Sequence record: DRR723986_11044
Length of the DNA stretch: 63,094 nucleotides
Strand: one strand, 5' to 3'
Part shown: piece after piece, positions 9,918 through 20,289 of the stretch
How the letters are laid out: each line of letters begins with the position of its first letter
Position numbering within the stretch: the stretch's first letter is position 1
Notes under the pieces: model-generated
Seen by the model: the letters and a program-made list of their open reading frames with translations, nothing else
Database searches by the model: none
What the model was told of the DNA's origin: nothing
Program-made: the position numbers and the translations under genes

Positions 9918-11882
9918 TCAATTCCTTTCGTAGCCAAGCAGTCTCAATGCATTTACTACAACTACAATGGTAGAACCTTCATGAATCAATACAGCAACTC
10001 CAATAGATGCGAATCCAAAAATTGTAGCAGGTATTAAAAGTCCCACTACACCTAAACTGATCCACAGATTTTGTTTGATAATCCCTTTAGCCTTTCTACT
10101 CAGTCCAATTGCAAAAGGTAATATTTCCAACTTATCAGCCATTAAAGCTATATCGGCAGTCTCCAGAGCTACATCAGACCCTGCTGCCCCCATTGCAATT
10201 CCAACAGTACTAGCTGCCATAGCCGGAGCATCATTCACCCCATCACCTACCATAGCTATCTTGGATTCTGACTGCTTTAATTGCTTGATAGCCTCAACCT
10301 TTTCTTCAGGCAACAGACTTCCTTTTGCCCCTGTCAATCCAACCTCTTGGGCTATTGCATCTGCTACTTTCTGATTGTCCCCGCTGAGCATAATCATCTT
10401 TTTAATCCCAATTTCCTTGAGCGCCGCAAGGGTGGACTTTGCCGCAGCTCTTGGAGTATCCATTAACCCGATGATACCAATATAAGTATCGTTTTTCCTC
10501 ACCAGAATTGTTGTGTTCCCATTGGATTCCAAAGATTCTATTTTGTCGATAATTTCTTGTGAGGGTTTGTTATCATCCAGCGCTTCGTACAAATCCAGAT
10601 TGCCAATATAAATTTTATCTGCTCCCACATTTGCCTTTATGCCCTTGCCAAGAACGGCTTCCAATGAATCCGCCTCTGGGATTTTCTTTCCTTCCATCCT
10701 TTCTTTACCGTCTCTTACCACGGCTTTGGCCAAGGGGTGATCACTTAGCCCTTCCACTGCAACTGCGGTTCCCAGCAACTCGTCTTCTGAAATACTATTC
10801 CATGCGATTACCTCTGTGATTTTTGGTTTTCCCTCTGTTAAAGTTCCCGTTTTATCAAATGCAATTGCGGTTAGAACACCCAAATCTTCCAGTGGTCTTC
10901 CTCCCTTAATCAAAACTCCTTTTTTTGCTGCTCGGGCAACGCCACTCAATACCGCACTAGGTGTTGCAATTGCTAGCGCACATGGACTTGCTGCCACCAA
11001 AACTGCCATTGCGCGATAAAAACTATCACTAAAAGGCTCATCCAAGACCAAAAAGGCAAAGCACAGTAGTACTACCAATACCAGAACCGATGGGACAAAA
11101 TACTTTTCAAATTTATCGGTCAGCAGCTGAGTGGGTGATTTCTGTGCTTTGGCTTCATTGACTAAGGTAATTAACCTGGCAACAGTAGAGTCTTCTGCAA
11201 TTTTCAACACCTTTATTTCCAAAGTGCCGTTTCCGTTGATCGTTCCTGAATATGCCCTGTTTTCCTGAGGCACATTATCTAGGGAAATATTCTGTTCATC
11301 CTTTTCTTTTATAGCTTCCTTGTCCACAGGTATACTTTCTCCAGTAATAGGAGATTGATCCACAGCACTACTTCCCTTTACAATAACCCCATCTGCCGCA
11401 ATTCTGGAATTAGGCTTAACAATGATGATATCATCGACCTCCAACTCTTCAATTCCCACTTCCACCGAACTGCCTTCAGTTTTCTTTAAGGCGGTTTTTG
11501 GTGCAAGAGTTGCAAGTGATTCAATGGACTTATGCGCTTTTCCCATAGCGTAATGTTCCAATGAATGCCCAAGACTAAATAGAAACAGCAACAATGCACC
11601 TTCTGCCCATTCTCCCAGGATCGCAGCACCTATGGCTGCGACCAACATGAGAAAATCAATTTCAAAACCTCCCTTTAATATGGTTTCTATCGCCTCTTTC
11701 GCGGTATAGAAGCCCCCAAAAAAATAGGCTCCTATATACATGGCAAGACTTACCCATTGAGGCACATCTTCTAAAAAACTCAGGCCAAACCCAATTCCCA
11801 AAAGAGCTCCACAGCAAATGGAGAAAATCAATTCACTATTCTTTCCGAATATCCCAGAGTGTTCCACTTTTTCCTGTTCCAT
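9918..11882 (-). CDS. Heavy-metal P1B-4-like ATPase (Co/Zn/Cd/Fe)
   Basis: [22 protein letters not shown] and HEGST motifs; no N-terminal metal-binding domain. Confidence 0.92.
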   Translation of the reverse strand: MEQEKVEHSGIFGKNSELIFSICCGALLGIGFGLSFLEDVPQWVSLAMYIGAYFFGGFYTAKEAIETILKGGFEIDFLMLVAAIGAAILGEWAEGALLLFLFSLGHSLEHYAMGKAHKSIESLATLAPKTALKKTEGSSVEVGIEELEVDDIIIVKPNSRIAADGVIVKGSSAVDQSPITGESIPVDKEAIKEKDEQNISLDNVPQENRAYSGTINGNGTLEIKVLKIAEDSTVARLITLVNEAKAQKSPTQLLTDKFEKYFVPSVLVLVVLLCFAFLVLDEPFSDSFYRAMAVLVAASPCALAIATPSAVLSGVARAAKKGVLIKGGRPLEDLGVLTAIAFDKTGTLTEGKPKITEVIAWNSISEDELLGTAVAVEGLSDHPLAKAVVRDGKERMEGKKIPEADSLEAVLGKGIKANVGADKIYIGNLDLYEALDDNKPSQEIIDKIESLESNGNTTILVRKNDTYIGIIGLMDTPRAAAKSTLAALKEIGIKKMIMLSGDNQKVADAIAQEVGLTGAKGSLLPEEKVEAIKQLKQSESKIAMVGDGVNDAPAMAASTVGIAMGAAGSDVALETADIALMADKLEILPFAIGLSRKAKGIIKQNLWISLGVVGLLIPATIFGFASIGVAVLIHEGSTIVVVVNALRLLGYERN

Positions 11883-11929
11883 AGGTTTTCTATTTAAGTT
11901 TCATGTTAGTAGTGTTTTTCACAAAATGA

Positions 11930-13120
11930 TTAATGGTGCCCGCCTTCTTCTTCACTATTCTTTGCCTTTGAAAGTAAGGTAAATGCTCCCTTTGTCACCA
12001 GTTTAATATCCTGATAGACAAGACTGGAATCCAAAAGGGTCACCTGCGTAAATCCGTCCTCCTTATTACCCATTTCTACTTCTATCATTTCATAGTCATA
12101 TGCGGGCTCTCCATTCTCGTCCCGTTGCCCCAAGTAAGAAAAAATGAAATGCTTCTCCCCAAATCTTACCACCGCATCATCTGGTGCTACCAAGACTTCT
12201 TCGCTTGCAGTTTCTATTTTTGCTGTCACATACATCCCTGGGAGCAAATCGGTGTTTTTACTGTCAAAATGCCCATGAACAGTCACCGACCTATCTTTTC
12301 GAACTCCCTTACCCACCAAAAACACATGGGCTTCTCTCCATTCATCATTCGTATTGGCGAGATTGAATTTGATACGCTGATCTTTCTTGATTTTTGGGAT
12401 GTCATTTTCATAGACAGAAAGCTCCACATGGAGATCATCTGAATTCGTTAAATCCATGATTACATCCTGTGGGTTCACATATTTGCCAATATTGGTATAT
12501 ACATCCAGCACAGCTCCAGTCACAGGAGAGTAAATATTCACGACAGATCTGATTTCCCCGGATTCCACTTTCTCCGGATCAAAGCCAATCATGGTCAACT
12601 TGGCTTTGGAGGTTCTGATTCTAGCTTCATTGGCCAGAAAATTACTTTTGGATTCTTCAAATGTCTTTCCGGATGCCACTTGCTCACTGTACAATTTCTC
12701 CTGGCGTTCATATTCAGACTTCAGAAAGGAACTGTTTGCCAGGCTTTCCAAATAATCCTGTTGAAACTGAATGAATTCAGGATTTTCTATTGTCACGAGT
12801 AGTTGGCCTTTTTTCACTTCATCCCCAGGAAGGAGTGTAGTATTCTTCACAAATCCCCCATAAGGCATTGTGATGGAAATATTATTTTGAGGCGGAACGT
12901 CTATCACCCCGTTGACCATCAGTTCGCTGCCAATTTCCCTAAATTCCAGCTTGCCTAGCTCAATCCCGGTGACATCAAATTGTGCCTGACTCAGTTCGAC
13001 CCTGGATTCATTTTCCTCATGATCCCCCTGAATTTCAATGCTTTCAACCTTAGACCCACAGGACGTGGCAATTCCAAGAACAAGTAATGTGAAGAGACTA
13101 TTTATGATATATTTTTTCAT
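11930..13120 (-). CDS. czcB: CzcB-like RND periplasmic adaptor lipoprotein
   Basis: Likely start ATG 13120 (MKKYII..ATSC lipobox); ENPEFIQFQQDYL and LLPGMYV adaptor motifs; directly downstream of the RND pump. Confidence 0.88.
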   Translation of the reverse strand: MKKYIINSLFTLLVLGIATSCGSKVESIEIQGDHEENESRVELSQAQFDVTGIELGKLEFREIGSELMVNGVIDVPPQNNISITMPYGGFVKNTTLLPGDEVKKGQLLVTIENPEFIQFQQDYLESLANSSFLKSEYERQEKLYSEQVASGKTFEESKSNFLANEARIRTSKAKLTMIGFDPEKVESGEIRSVVNIYSPVTGAVLDVYTNIGKYVNPQDVIMDLTNSDDLHVELSVYENDIPKIKKDQRIKFNLANTNDEWREAHVFLVGKGVRKDRSVTVHGHFDSKNTDLLPGMYVTAKIETASEEVLVAPDDAVVRFGEKHFIFSYLGQRDENGEPAYDYEMIEVEMGNKEDGFTQVTLLDSSLVYQDIKLVTKGAFTLLSKAKNSEEEGGHH

Positions 13121-13230
13121 CTGTTTATAGTTTGATTTGCTATGGTTATATGAATCTCGCATTCCTTAATCACCTTAGAATCTGACTTTTTATTCATGCT
13201 TGATTTCATATTATTTCCGTTTGATCGGTT

Positions 13231-16200
13231 TTAGTTGATACCCGATAAGAATTCGATTTGAATAAGTGTTTGATTGGATTTGTCCAGTAAATCCAGATAG
13301 TTGAAGTACACATTCAAGCTTCTATTGAGTCCTTGTGTGTATTCCACATAGCCAATTTCACCACTTTGGAAACCTCTCTGGGATTGTTTTAGGATAAGCT
13401 CTGCTTGAGGAAGAGCACTATCTTCATAAAAATCCAAACTGGTCTGGAATTTTTGGTACTCGAGAAGTAAAGAGGTGAATCGGTTTTCGAGCTCATTGGT
13501 GAATGCTGTTTCTTGTTCCTCTGCTTCAGCAATCCGAATTGATTTTGATTTAATAATCGCTGATTGTGACTTCAAACTGAAAATAGGAATGGCTAAACCC
13601 ACCTGAAATCCATCAAAGCGGTCTTTTGAGCTGTAAACTACAGGGTCTCCAGACATGGTTTGACCTGGCCCATTGAAGGACTGATTAAAATACCCTAGTT
13701 TGATGTCCGGCATCAACCGAGATTTTTCGACTGACTTTTCCTTTTCTGCAATGGCAATTTGCTGCTGAACCCAGGCTAATGTAGGGTTGTCGGCGATACT
13801 ATTCTGGTCCAGAGAAAGCTGAGGTGAATTTTCCTTCAATTCTCCCATTTCAGGCTCAATCGTAACTTCAGCATTGATAAGCATCCTCAACCGTTTGGTA
13901 TTGATCTCCACATCGGCATTGTTCTGAGCTATCATAGCCTGGATCTCAGCCACCTGGGTCTCTGCGGTTGCCTTTTCCAAAAGATTGGTTTCACCAGACT
14001 CAAACCTCAAGGAAGCTGCAGATGCAAACCGGTCATAAATACTGTCTTGCCTGGCAAGTAATTTCCCTTTTTCCCTTGCAGTCCACAACGCATACCAAGT
14101 GGATTTCACGGATCTGATCAATTCATTTTTACTCATCTCCACTGCCAACTCACCAGAAACTATTTTAGATTCAGCCAATCCATTTTGTCGGCTATAGGTG
14201 GTCGGAAACTCAAAAGTCTGGGAAACCGAAAACCGGCTGTCGTTGGTGAAGGCACTGTTTGTCTGGCCATATTCCATGTCCACAGCTGTTTTCCCAATAT
14301 TCCAGCTTGCCCCTTTTAATGCCCGCTGTTGTTCCAATCTAAGTCCTTCAGCTTTGACACTTGGATTGTTTTCCAAAGCAAGTTCTATTGCCTGATCCAG
14401 GGAGGTAACATGCATTGGAGTTTGTGCATAGGAAGATAAATTTCCTAAGGCCAAGAATCCAATCACCAGTAACCCTACAGTGCCTTTGGGTCTTCTCAAA
14501 CCTCTTTCGAAATAATAGTAAAATATAGGTAAGACGACCAAAGTCAGGATGGTTGCCGTAATCAGTCCCCCGATCACCACGGTAGCCAGAGGTTTTTGAA
14601 CTTCCGCTCCACTTGAAGATGAAAGAGCCATTGGCAAAAAGCCCAAAGATGCCACGGAAGCAGTCATAATTACAGGTCTTAACCGGGTTCTAGTTCCCGA
14701 ATAGATCCTTTCAAATATGTCGGTGACCCCTTCCTTTTTCAGGTGGTTAAATTCAGCAATCAGAACTATACCATTAAGTACTGCTACGCCAAACAGAGCA
14801 ATAAACCCGATTCCTGCAGATATACTAAAAGGCATTCCCCGTAAGGTCAAAGCGAAAATCCCTCCGATGGCGGAAAGAGGGATAGCCGTAAAGATCAAAA
14901 TACTCTGTTTGATAGAACCGAATGTGAAGAACAGCAAGACAAAAATCAATAACAAAGCCAACGGAACTGCAATCCCCAGTCTGGCTTTTGCTTCAACCAA
15001 ATTTTCGAATTGGCCTCCGAATGTCACAAAATAACCCGTTTCAAATGTTACAGCATTTTCAATTTTGGACTCTATTTCATTAACTATGCTTTCTACATCC
15101 CGATTTCTCACATTGAATGCGACTACAATTCTCCGCTGGGTATCATCCCGCTGGATTTGATAGGGGCCTTCTTTTACTGAAACTTCAGCTACTTGGTATA
15201 GCGGGATCTGCTCTCCGTTAGCCCGGGCGATAAAAAGATTCTGAACATCCTCAATATCATTTCTTTTAGTCTGATCGAGTCTTATTACCAGATCAAACCG
15301 TTTTTCCCCCTCATAAACCTTCCCGGCTGAAGCACCTGCAAATGCTGCCTGTATAGACCGATTCACTTCTTTTATACTTAGTCCATATTTAGCCAGTTGA
15401 GCCCTTTTGTAATCAATGACTATCTGTGGCACTCCCGTCACTTCCTCTATATAAATATCTTCCGCTCCTTCTACACCTCGTGCTATCTGTCCTATCTGGT
15501 TGGCGTATTCAGATAGTTTTTCAAGGTCTTCTCCATAAATTTTGACAGCCACATCCTGACGCACCCCAGACATTAATTCATTGAAGCGCATTTGTATGGG
15601 TTGTTGAAATCCAAAGTTGACCCCTGGCAAAACTTCCAAAGCTTCAGACATCTTATTTGCCAAATCTTCCCTGTTGGTAGCTGAAGTCCACTCACTTTTA
15701 TCCTTTAAGACAATCATCATATCCGCAGCTTCAACTGGCATGGGATCCGTTGGAATTTCACCTGCCCCGATTTTAGATACAACTTCCACTACCTCTGGAA
15801 ATTGGTCCAAAAGAATCTTCTCTGCCTGGGTTGTAGCCTTCATGGTATTCTGAAGGGAAGAACCAGTGACCACCCGCGTTTCCACAGCAAAATCCCCCTC
15901 TTCCAGAGTAGGTATAAATTCTCCACCCATACGGGAAAAAACCCAACCTGAAACAATCAATAAAACCAAGGCTACACTAATGACTATTCCCCTATGATGC
16001 ATAGCCCATCGAATGGAAGGGTCGTAGAAGCGATGGAAAAATCCCATGATTTTATCAGAAATATTAGGCTTGTCACTGATCTTCTTGCTTAGAAAAAGTG
16101 CAGAGATCATGGGCACGTAAGTAAGCGAGAGTATAAATGCACCAAGAATAGCAAAAGCCACTGTTTGCGCCATTGGTCTGAACATCTTACCCTCAGTTCC

Positions 16201-17601
16201 AACCAATGCTAAAATTGGTAGATATACGATAAGAATTATAATCTCCCCAAACGCAGCTGAATTTCGGATTTTACTTGCAGAAAGAAACACCTCTTCGTCC
16301 ATCTCCAGCTGTGTCAGCTTTGTTTTCCTTTTCACCAAACCTAAATGATGCATGGTTGCCTCAACTATAATGACGGCTCCATCTACAATTAATCCAAAAT
16401 CAATTGCCCCTAAACTCATCAGGTTACCAGACACCCCGAATAGATTCATGAGTGAGAAAGCAAAAAGCAGGGCAAGTGGAATTACCGAAGCCACTATCAG
16501 CCCTGCTCTCAAATTGCCAAGCAAAAGCAGCAAAACAAAAATGACAATCAAGGCGCCCTCAATCAGATTTTTACTAACTGTGCCAATGGCATTGTCCACA
16601 AGTTTGGATCGATCCAAAAAAGGCTCTAAAGTCACCCCTTCGGGCAATGTTTCTTTAATTTCTTCGATTTTTGATTTGACGTTATCAATAACCTCTGCCG
16701 AATTTTCACCTTTCAGCATCATTACAATCGCACTGACTACTTCACCTTCACCATTCCTGGTGGTAGACCCATAGCGCACAGCATTACCAAGCTGTACTTT
16801 TGCGACATCTTTAATGAGAACTGGAATCCCATTTTCATTTACCCGTACGGGGATATTATTGATATCCTCAAAAGAACCTACCAAGCCTTCACTTCGAATA
16901 AATAAAGCAGTTAGATCCTTCTCAATATAGGCTCCACCGGTATTTTCATTATTATCTTCAAGCGCCTGGAAAATATCAGCAATTGATACATTCAAAGATT
17001 TGAGCCGATCAGGCTCTATGGCGATTTCATATTGTTTGAGATACCCTCCAAAGCTGCTCACATCAGCTACCCCTGGCGTACCAAGTAGCTGCCTTCTGAC
17101 TATCCAATCCTGAATAGTTCTAAGTTCACGTGCATCATATTTGTCTTCATAGCCAGGTTCTACACCAACTACATATTGGTAAATTTCCCCTAACCCTGTG
17201 GTAATCGGAGCCATCCCCGGAGCTCCTATCCCCGGAGGTATTTGTTCTTTGACTTCGGACATGCGTTCATTTACCTGTTGTCTGGCCCAATAGACATCCA
17301 CATTCTCCTTAAACACAATGGTAACAACTGACAACCCGAAACGCGAAAAGCTTCTGATTTCTTCAATGTCAGGAATAGTGGCCATCGTGATTTCGATGGG
17401 AAATGTGATTAAACGCTCTACTTCTTCAGCCGCCAATGACGGGGAAGTAGTGATTACTTGTACTTGATTATTGGTAATATCAGGAACTGCATCAATGGGA
17501 AGTTGGGTAAGTGAATACCCGCCCACAATGACTAATCCTATGGTAAGTAGCCCGATTATCAGTTTATTTTTAACTGAGAACCGGATTATATTATCCAGCA
17601 T
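13231..17601 (-). CDS. czcA: CusA/CzcA heavy-metal RND pump fused to a C-terminal TolC-like outer-membrane factor
   Basis: LPIDAVPDITNNQVQ, GAIDFGLIVDGAVIIVE and RLRPVIMTA motifs, then about 400 aa of OMF-like sequence (LDQAIELALENNP, RFESGETNLLE). Confidence 0.93.
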   Translation of the reverse strand: MLDNIIRFSVKNKLIIGLLTIGLVIVGGYSLTQLPIDAVPDITNNQVQVITTSPSLAAEEVERLITFPIEITMATIPDIEEIRSFSRFGLSVVTIVFKENVDVYWARQQVNERMSEVKEQIPPGIGAPGMAPITTGLGEIYQYVVGVEPGYEDKYDARELRTIQDWIVRRQLLGTPGVADVSSFGGYLKQYEIAIEPDRLKSLNVSIADIFQALEDNNENTGGAYIEKDLTALFIRSEGLVGSFEDINNIPVRVNENGIPVLIKDVAKVQLGNAVRYGSTTRNGEGEVVSAIVMMLKGENSAEVIDNVKSKIEEIKETLPEGVTLEPFLDRSKLVDNAIGTVSKNLIEGALIVIFVLLLLLGNLRAGLIVASVIPLALLFAFSLMNLFGVSGNLMSLGAIDFGLIVDGAVIIVEATMHHLGLVKRKTKLTQLEMDEEVFLSASKIRNSAAFGEIIILIVYLPILALVGTEGKMFRPMAQTVAFAILGAFILSLTYVPMISALFLSKKISDKPNISDKIMGFFHRFYDPSIRWAMHHRGIVISVALVLLIVSGWVFSRMGGEFIPTLEEGDFAVETRVVTGSSLQNTMKATTQAEKILLDQFPEVVEVVSKIGAGEIPTDPMPVEAADMMIVLKDKSEWTSATNREDLANKMSEALEVLPGVNFGFQQPIQMRFNELMSGVRQDVAVKIYGEDLEKLSEYANQIGQIARGVEGAEDIYIEEVTGVPQIVIDYKRAQLAKYGLSIKEVNRSIQAAFAGASAGKVYEGEKRFDLVIRLDQTKRNDIEDVQNLFIARANGEQIPLYQVAEVSVKEGPYQIQRDDTQRRIVVAFNVRNRDVESIVNEIESKIENAVTFETGYFVTFGGQFENLVEAKARLGIAVPLALLLIFVLLFFTFGSIKQSILIFTAIPLSAIGGIFALTLRGMPFSISAGIGFIALFGVAVLNGIVLIAEFNHLKKEGVTDIFERIYSGTRTRLRPVIMTASVASLGFLPMALSSSSGAEVQKPLATVVIGGLITATILTLVVLPIFYYYFERGLRRPKGTVGLLVIGFLALGNLSSYAQTPMHVTSLDQAIELALENNPSVKAEGLRLEQQRALKGASWNIGKTAVDMEYGQTNSAFTNDSRFSVSQTFEFPTTYSRQNGLAESKIVSGELAVEMSKNELIRSVKSTWYALWTAREKGKLLARQDSIYDRFASAASLRFESGETNLLEKATAETQVAEIQAMIAQNNADVEINTKRLRMLINAEVTIEPEMGELKENSPQLSLDQNSIADNPTLAWVQQQIAIAEKEKSVEKSRLMPDIKLGYFNQSFNGPGQTMSGDPVVYSSKDRFDGFQVGLAIPIFSLKSQSAIIKSKSIRIAEAEEQETAFTNELENRFTSLLLEYQKFQTSLDFYEDSALPQAELILKQSQRGFQSGEIGYVEYTQGLNRSLNVYFNYLDLLDKSNQTLIQIEFLSGIN

Positions 17602-17733
17602 AAGGAATTAAGTTTTATGAATTAAAATGGAAGTGGGCAGATTTGCCCAAAGAAAAAAGCACTCACAGCAATCCTAAACAGGAATATCAAGTATTCTGAT
17701 CAGGATAAATTGCTACGAAATGAAATGAGGGAA

Positions 17734-18126
17734 TTAGCCCCGAGGAGGCTGAAAAAGTTCACCTAAAACCGGTGAGGTAAAAAGGAAATTATAATAGCTT
17801 TCTGCTTGTACCTTCTCAGTAAAAGACTGAGGTACTACAAATTCAGCAATGGAGGAGAAATAGATTGAAGGGTGGGAACAGGTATGATTTCCGTGAAATG
17901 GTAAATTCTCATGATTTTCTTCGTCATGACCTGTATTATCATTCCCGTGATCTATGTAATCTTCAACGAAGAAGTCTAATACTGAATCACCATGCTCCTT
18001 CTGATGCTCTCCAAAATGTGAAAGCAAGAAGGGAAGCTTTTGAATCTGACAGCATAAATCCAAATTCATCGACAACATCCCCAATAGGAGTAGCGCAATA
18101 AATGAATTATTTCCAAGCCGTTTCAT
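17734..18126 (-). CDS. Small His-rich hypothetical protein heading the czc operon
   Basis: Hydrophobic N-terminus, KLPFLLSHFGEH, HDEENHENLPFH, C-terminal FQPPR. Confidence 0.7.
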   Translation of the reverse strand: MKRLGNNSFIALLLLGMLSMNLDLCCQIQKLPFLLSHFGEHQKEHGDSVLDFFVEDYIDHGNDNTGHDEENHENLPFHGNHTCSHPSIYFSSIAEFVVPQSFTEKVQAESYYNFLFTSPVLGELFQPPRG

Positions 18127-18131
18127 ATTTG

Positions 18132-18167
18132 CAAAGCTACAAAATAAAGTAGTGCAAGGCTATTGCA
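18132..18167 (-). promoter_or_regulatory. Bacteroidota -7 promoter element plus TGCAA-N5-TTGCA palindrome (candidate metal-repressor operator)
   Basis: Minus strand TAGCTTTG (18139-18132) is a perfect TAnnTTTG, 5 nt before ATG 18126; palindrome tgcaa-ggcta-ttgca at 18153-18167. Confidence 0.55.
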
Positions 18168-18277
18168 GAAAAAAAGCAATTATACAACCTCTAAGGTTTT
18201 ACTAAATTCTAAAACAATTTGATAAACAGCTGCATAAAAAATCATTTTCCAGCTATGTCAAGGATAAAGTAATAAAA

Positions 18278-20269
18278 TCATTCAATCTTCTTTATCACCA
18301 AATGCTTCAGTCCTGGATCGTTCAGTAGCCTACTCATCTCAGCTTGAATAATATCCTGAACATCCTGTTTTATCTGCAGGTAATTTCTCTGTACGATAGT
18401 ATTGTCCAGCTTTCGGATTTCAGGTATAGACTGATAGTTCTCCTGCTCCTTTTTAAGGGCTTTATGGTCGTTGATAATTTCAGAATGAAATGCTTTTAAA
18501 CTCAGTTTACAATCTGGATTATCTGCTACCATCCCTACAAATTCACCCGATGAAAGAGAGGATATGGTAGAAGGTGGAACAGCAGACTCCAACTGTTTTG
18601 ATCGACTGACAGAAGTATCTGCACTGTTTATGGAAAGGCTCTGCCTGTCTTGCATGATCTTCCCTATCCTATCTGATAATTGTTTGGCAGAATCCCCATT
18701 CACCTGCCCTGAAATGATATTTCCAACTATGCCCATAATCACATCGGCAAGTTCTCGTCCATAGTCTTTTCTAAGCTGGCTAAGATCCTGAACTCCCAAT
18801 GTAGTAGCAACTTTATTACTCCTTGCCGTAGCAATCAGACTGTCCATTCCGTTCAAATAGATGGTCGGAAACTCATCGAAAATCAGACTGCTTTTTAGCT
18901 TTCCCTTTTGGTTTACCAGCTTCACTAGACGGTTTACATACAGTGAAAGTACTGCTCCATAAATCTGAATTTTCTGGGGATTGTTTCCCATGCAAACCAA
19001 CTTTGGCTCCTCCGGATTATTGATATCCAGCGTAAAATCATTGCCTGAAAGCACGTAATATAACTGAGCTGAAGATAGTCTTGCCATGGATATTTTAGCC
19101 GATGCTATCTGTCCTTCCAGCTGCTCCATCACATCGTTGAGGTAGGCATTTACAAAAGGATTGATGAGCACATCAATGTCTTTTTCGGTCCGTAACACCG
19201 TAAATAACTCATCGTAATCTGCCTGCATCAATTCAATTACATGCGGCAGCGTGCAGAATTCTCCACCGTTGTATTTTCTCAAAAACCAGATGATGGAAGT
19301 CAGGAAATTGATCGGTGATTCCACAAAAAAGTCTCCCTGCTTTTTGATCCATTCCCTGTTCAACCCCATCAAAATAGTCCGTGCCGACTCTGCTGCATCG
19401 GTAATATCCAGCATGGTTTCCGGTGCCAATGGATTGCATCTGTGACTCCGGGTGAGATCATCAAAATTGATCACGAAGAACTCTGGGACCACTTTATAAC
19501 TAGCCTTATTCTTTAACCAGGTATTGTAGACAATAGCCGATAGATCGTCGAATTTGAAGTCATACACAAACATGGAAAAGCCCTTTTTGATGTGCTGGGT
19601 GATCACATGTCGGATGACAAAATAGCTCTTTCCCGAACCCGGTGTTCCCAAAACCATCAGTCCACGAAATGGATTGATGACATTGATCCAGCTGTCTCTA
19701 ACCTTTCCTTTCAGTTTATATTTTGCAGGTAGATTGACTGAGAATTCATTTTCTAGCAGCCGTTCCTCCTGAGGAAAGGTCTCATTTTTTGAATTGAAAA
19801 CATCACTACTGAGTTTGTCATAAATAATTCTAGAAAGCTTAGTTCCACCCGAAAGGGTAAGCAAAAAACCTAAGGAGGTAACTGTCATGTAGGTAATCGA
19901 AATCCATTCTATTGGCGCTTCCCACAGCATCAAGACGTAACTGCCTGAATAAAATACCAGGCCCAAAACGCCATAAACCGAAGCTGTTTTGGCATTCATC
20001 TTTTCATTCTTCCTACCCTTGATTCCCAAAAGTGAGATCGCAAGCAAGGCAATCGCAATAAGCTTGGAGGTATAAAAATCCTCAAAGAGACCGGTACTTA
20101 TAACATTCTCTAATACTCCATCAGTCAGATCTGAAACCAGTCCCCAGTCTTTGAAAGTAGCATAGCAATAGTAATAAAAATGCAGTCCCAAAACCCCAAC
20201 TCCCATTAGGCGGGTCATGTCCAAAATCTTGCGTAATCCCTGCTCGTTTTCTCCAGTTTGCATCCCCAT
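18278..20269 (-). CDS. mobC: Conjugal transfer coupling protein MobC (VirD4/TraG-like, YWFCY domain)
   Basis: HFYYYCY (YWFCY-type) N-terminus; Walker A GTPGSGKS; DEFPT; ATARSNKVA. Confidence 0.93.
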   Translation of the reverse strand: MGMQTGENEQGLRKILDMTRLMGVGVLGLHFYYYCYATFKDWGLVSDLTDGVLENVISTGLFEDFYTSKLIAIALLAISLLGIKGRKNEKMNAKTASVYGVLGLVFYSGSYVLMLWEAPIEWISITYMTVTSLGFLLTLSGGTKLSRIIYDKLSSDVFNSKNETFPQEERLLENEFSVNLPAKYKLKGKVRDSWINVINPFRGLMVLGTPGSGKSYFVIRHVITQHIKKGFSMFVYDFKFDDLSAIVYNTWLKNKASYKVVPEFFVINFDDLTRSHRCNPLAPETMLDITDAAESARTILMGLNREWIKKQGDFFVESPINFLTSIIWFLRKYNGGEFCTLPHVIELMQADYDELFTVLRTEKDIDVLINPFVNAYLNDVMEQLEGQIASAKISMARLSSAQLYYVLSGNDFTLDINNPEEPKLVCMGNNPQKIQIYGAVLSLYVNRLVKLVNQKGKLKSSLIFDEFPTIYLNGMDSLIATARSNKVATTLGVQDLSQLRKDYGRELADVIMGIVGNIISGQVNGDSAKQLSDRIGKIMQDRQSLSINSADTSVSRSKQLESAVPPSTISSLSSGEFVGMVADNPDCKLSLKAFHSEIINDHKALKKEQENYQSIPEIRKLDNTIVQRNYLQIKQDVQDIIQAEMSRLLNDPGLKHLVIKKIE

Positions 20270-20289
20270 CCCCTCCTAGTTTAATCCTG

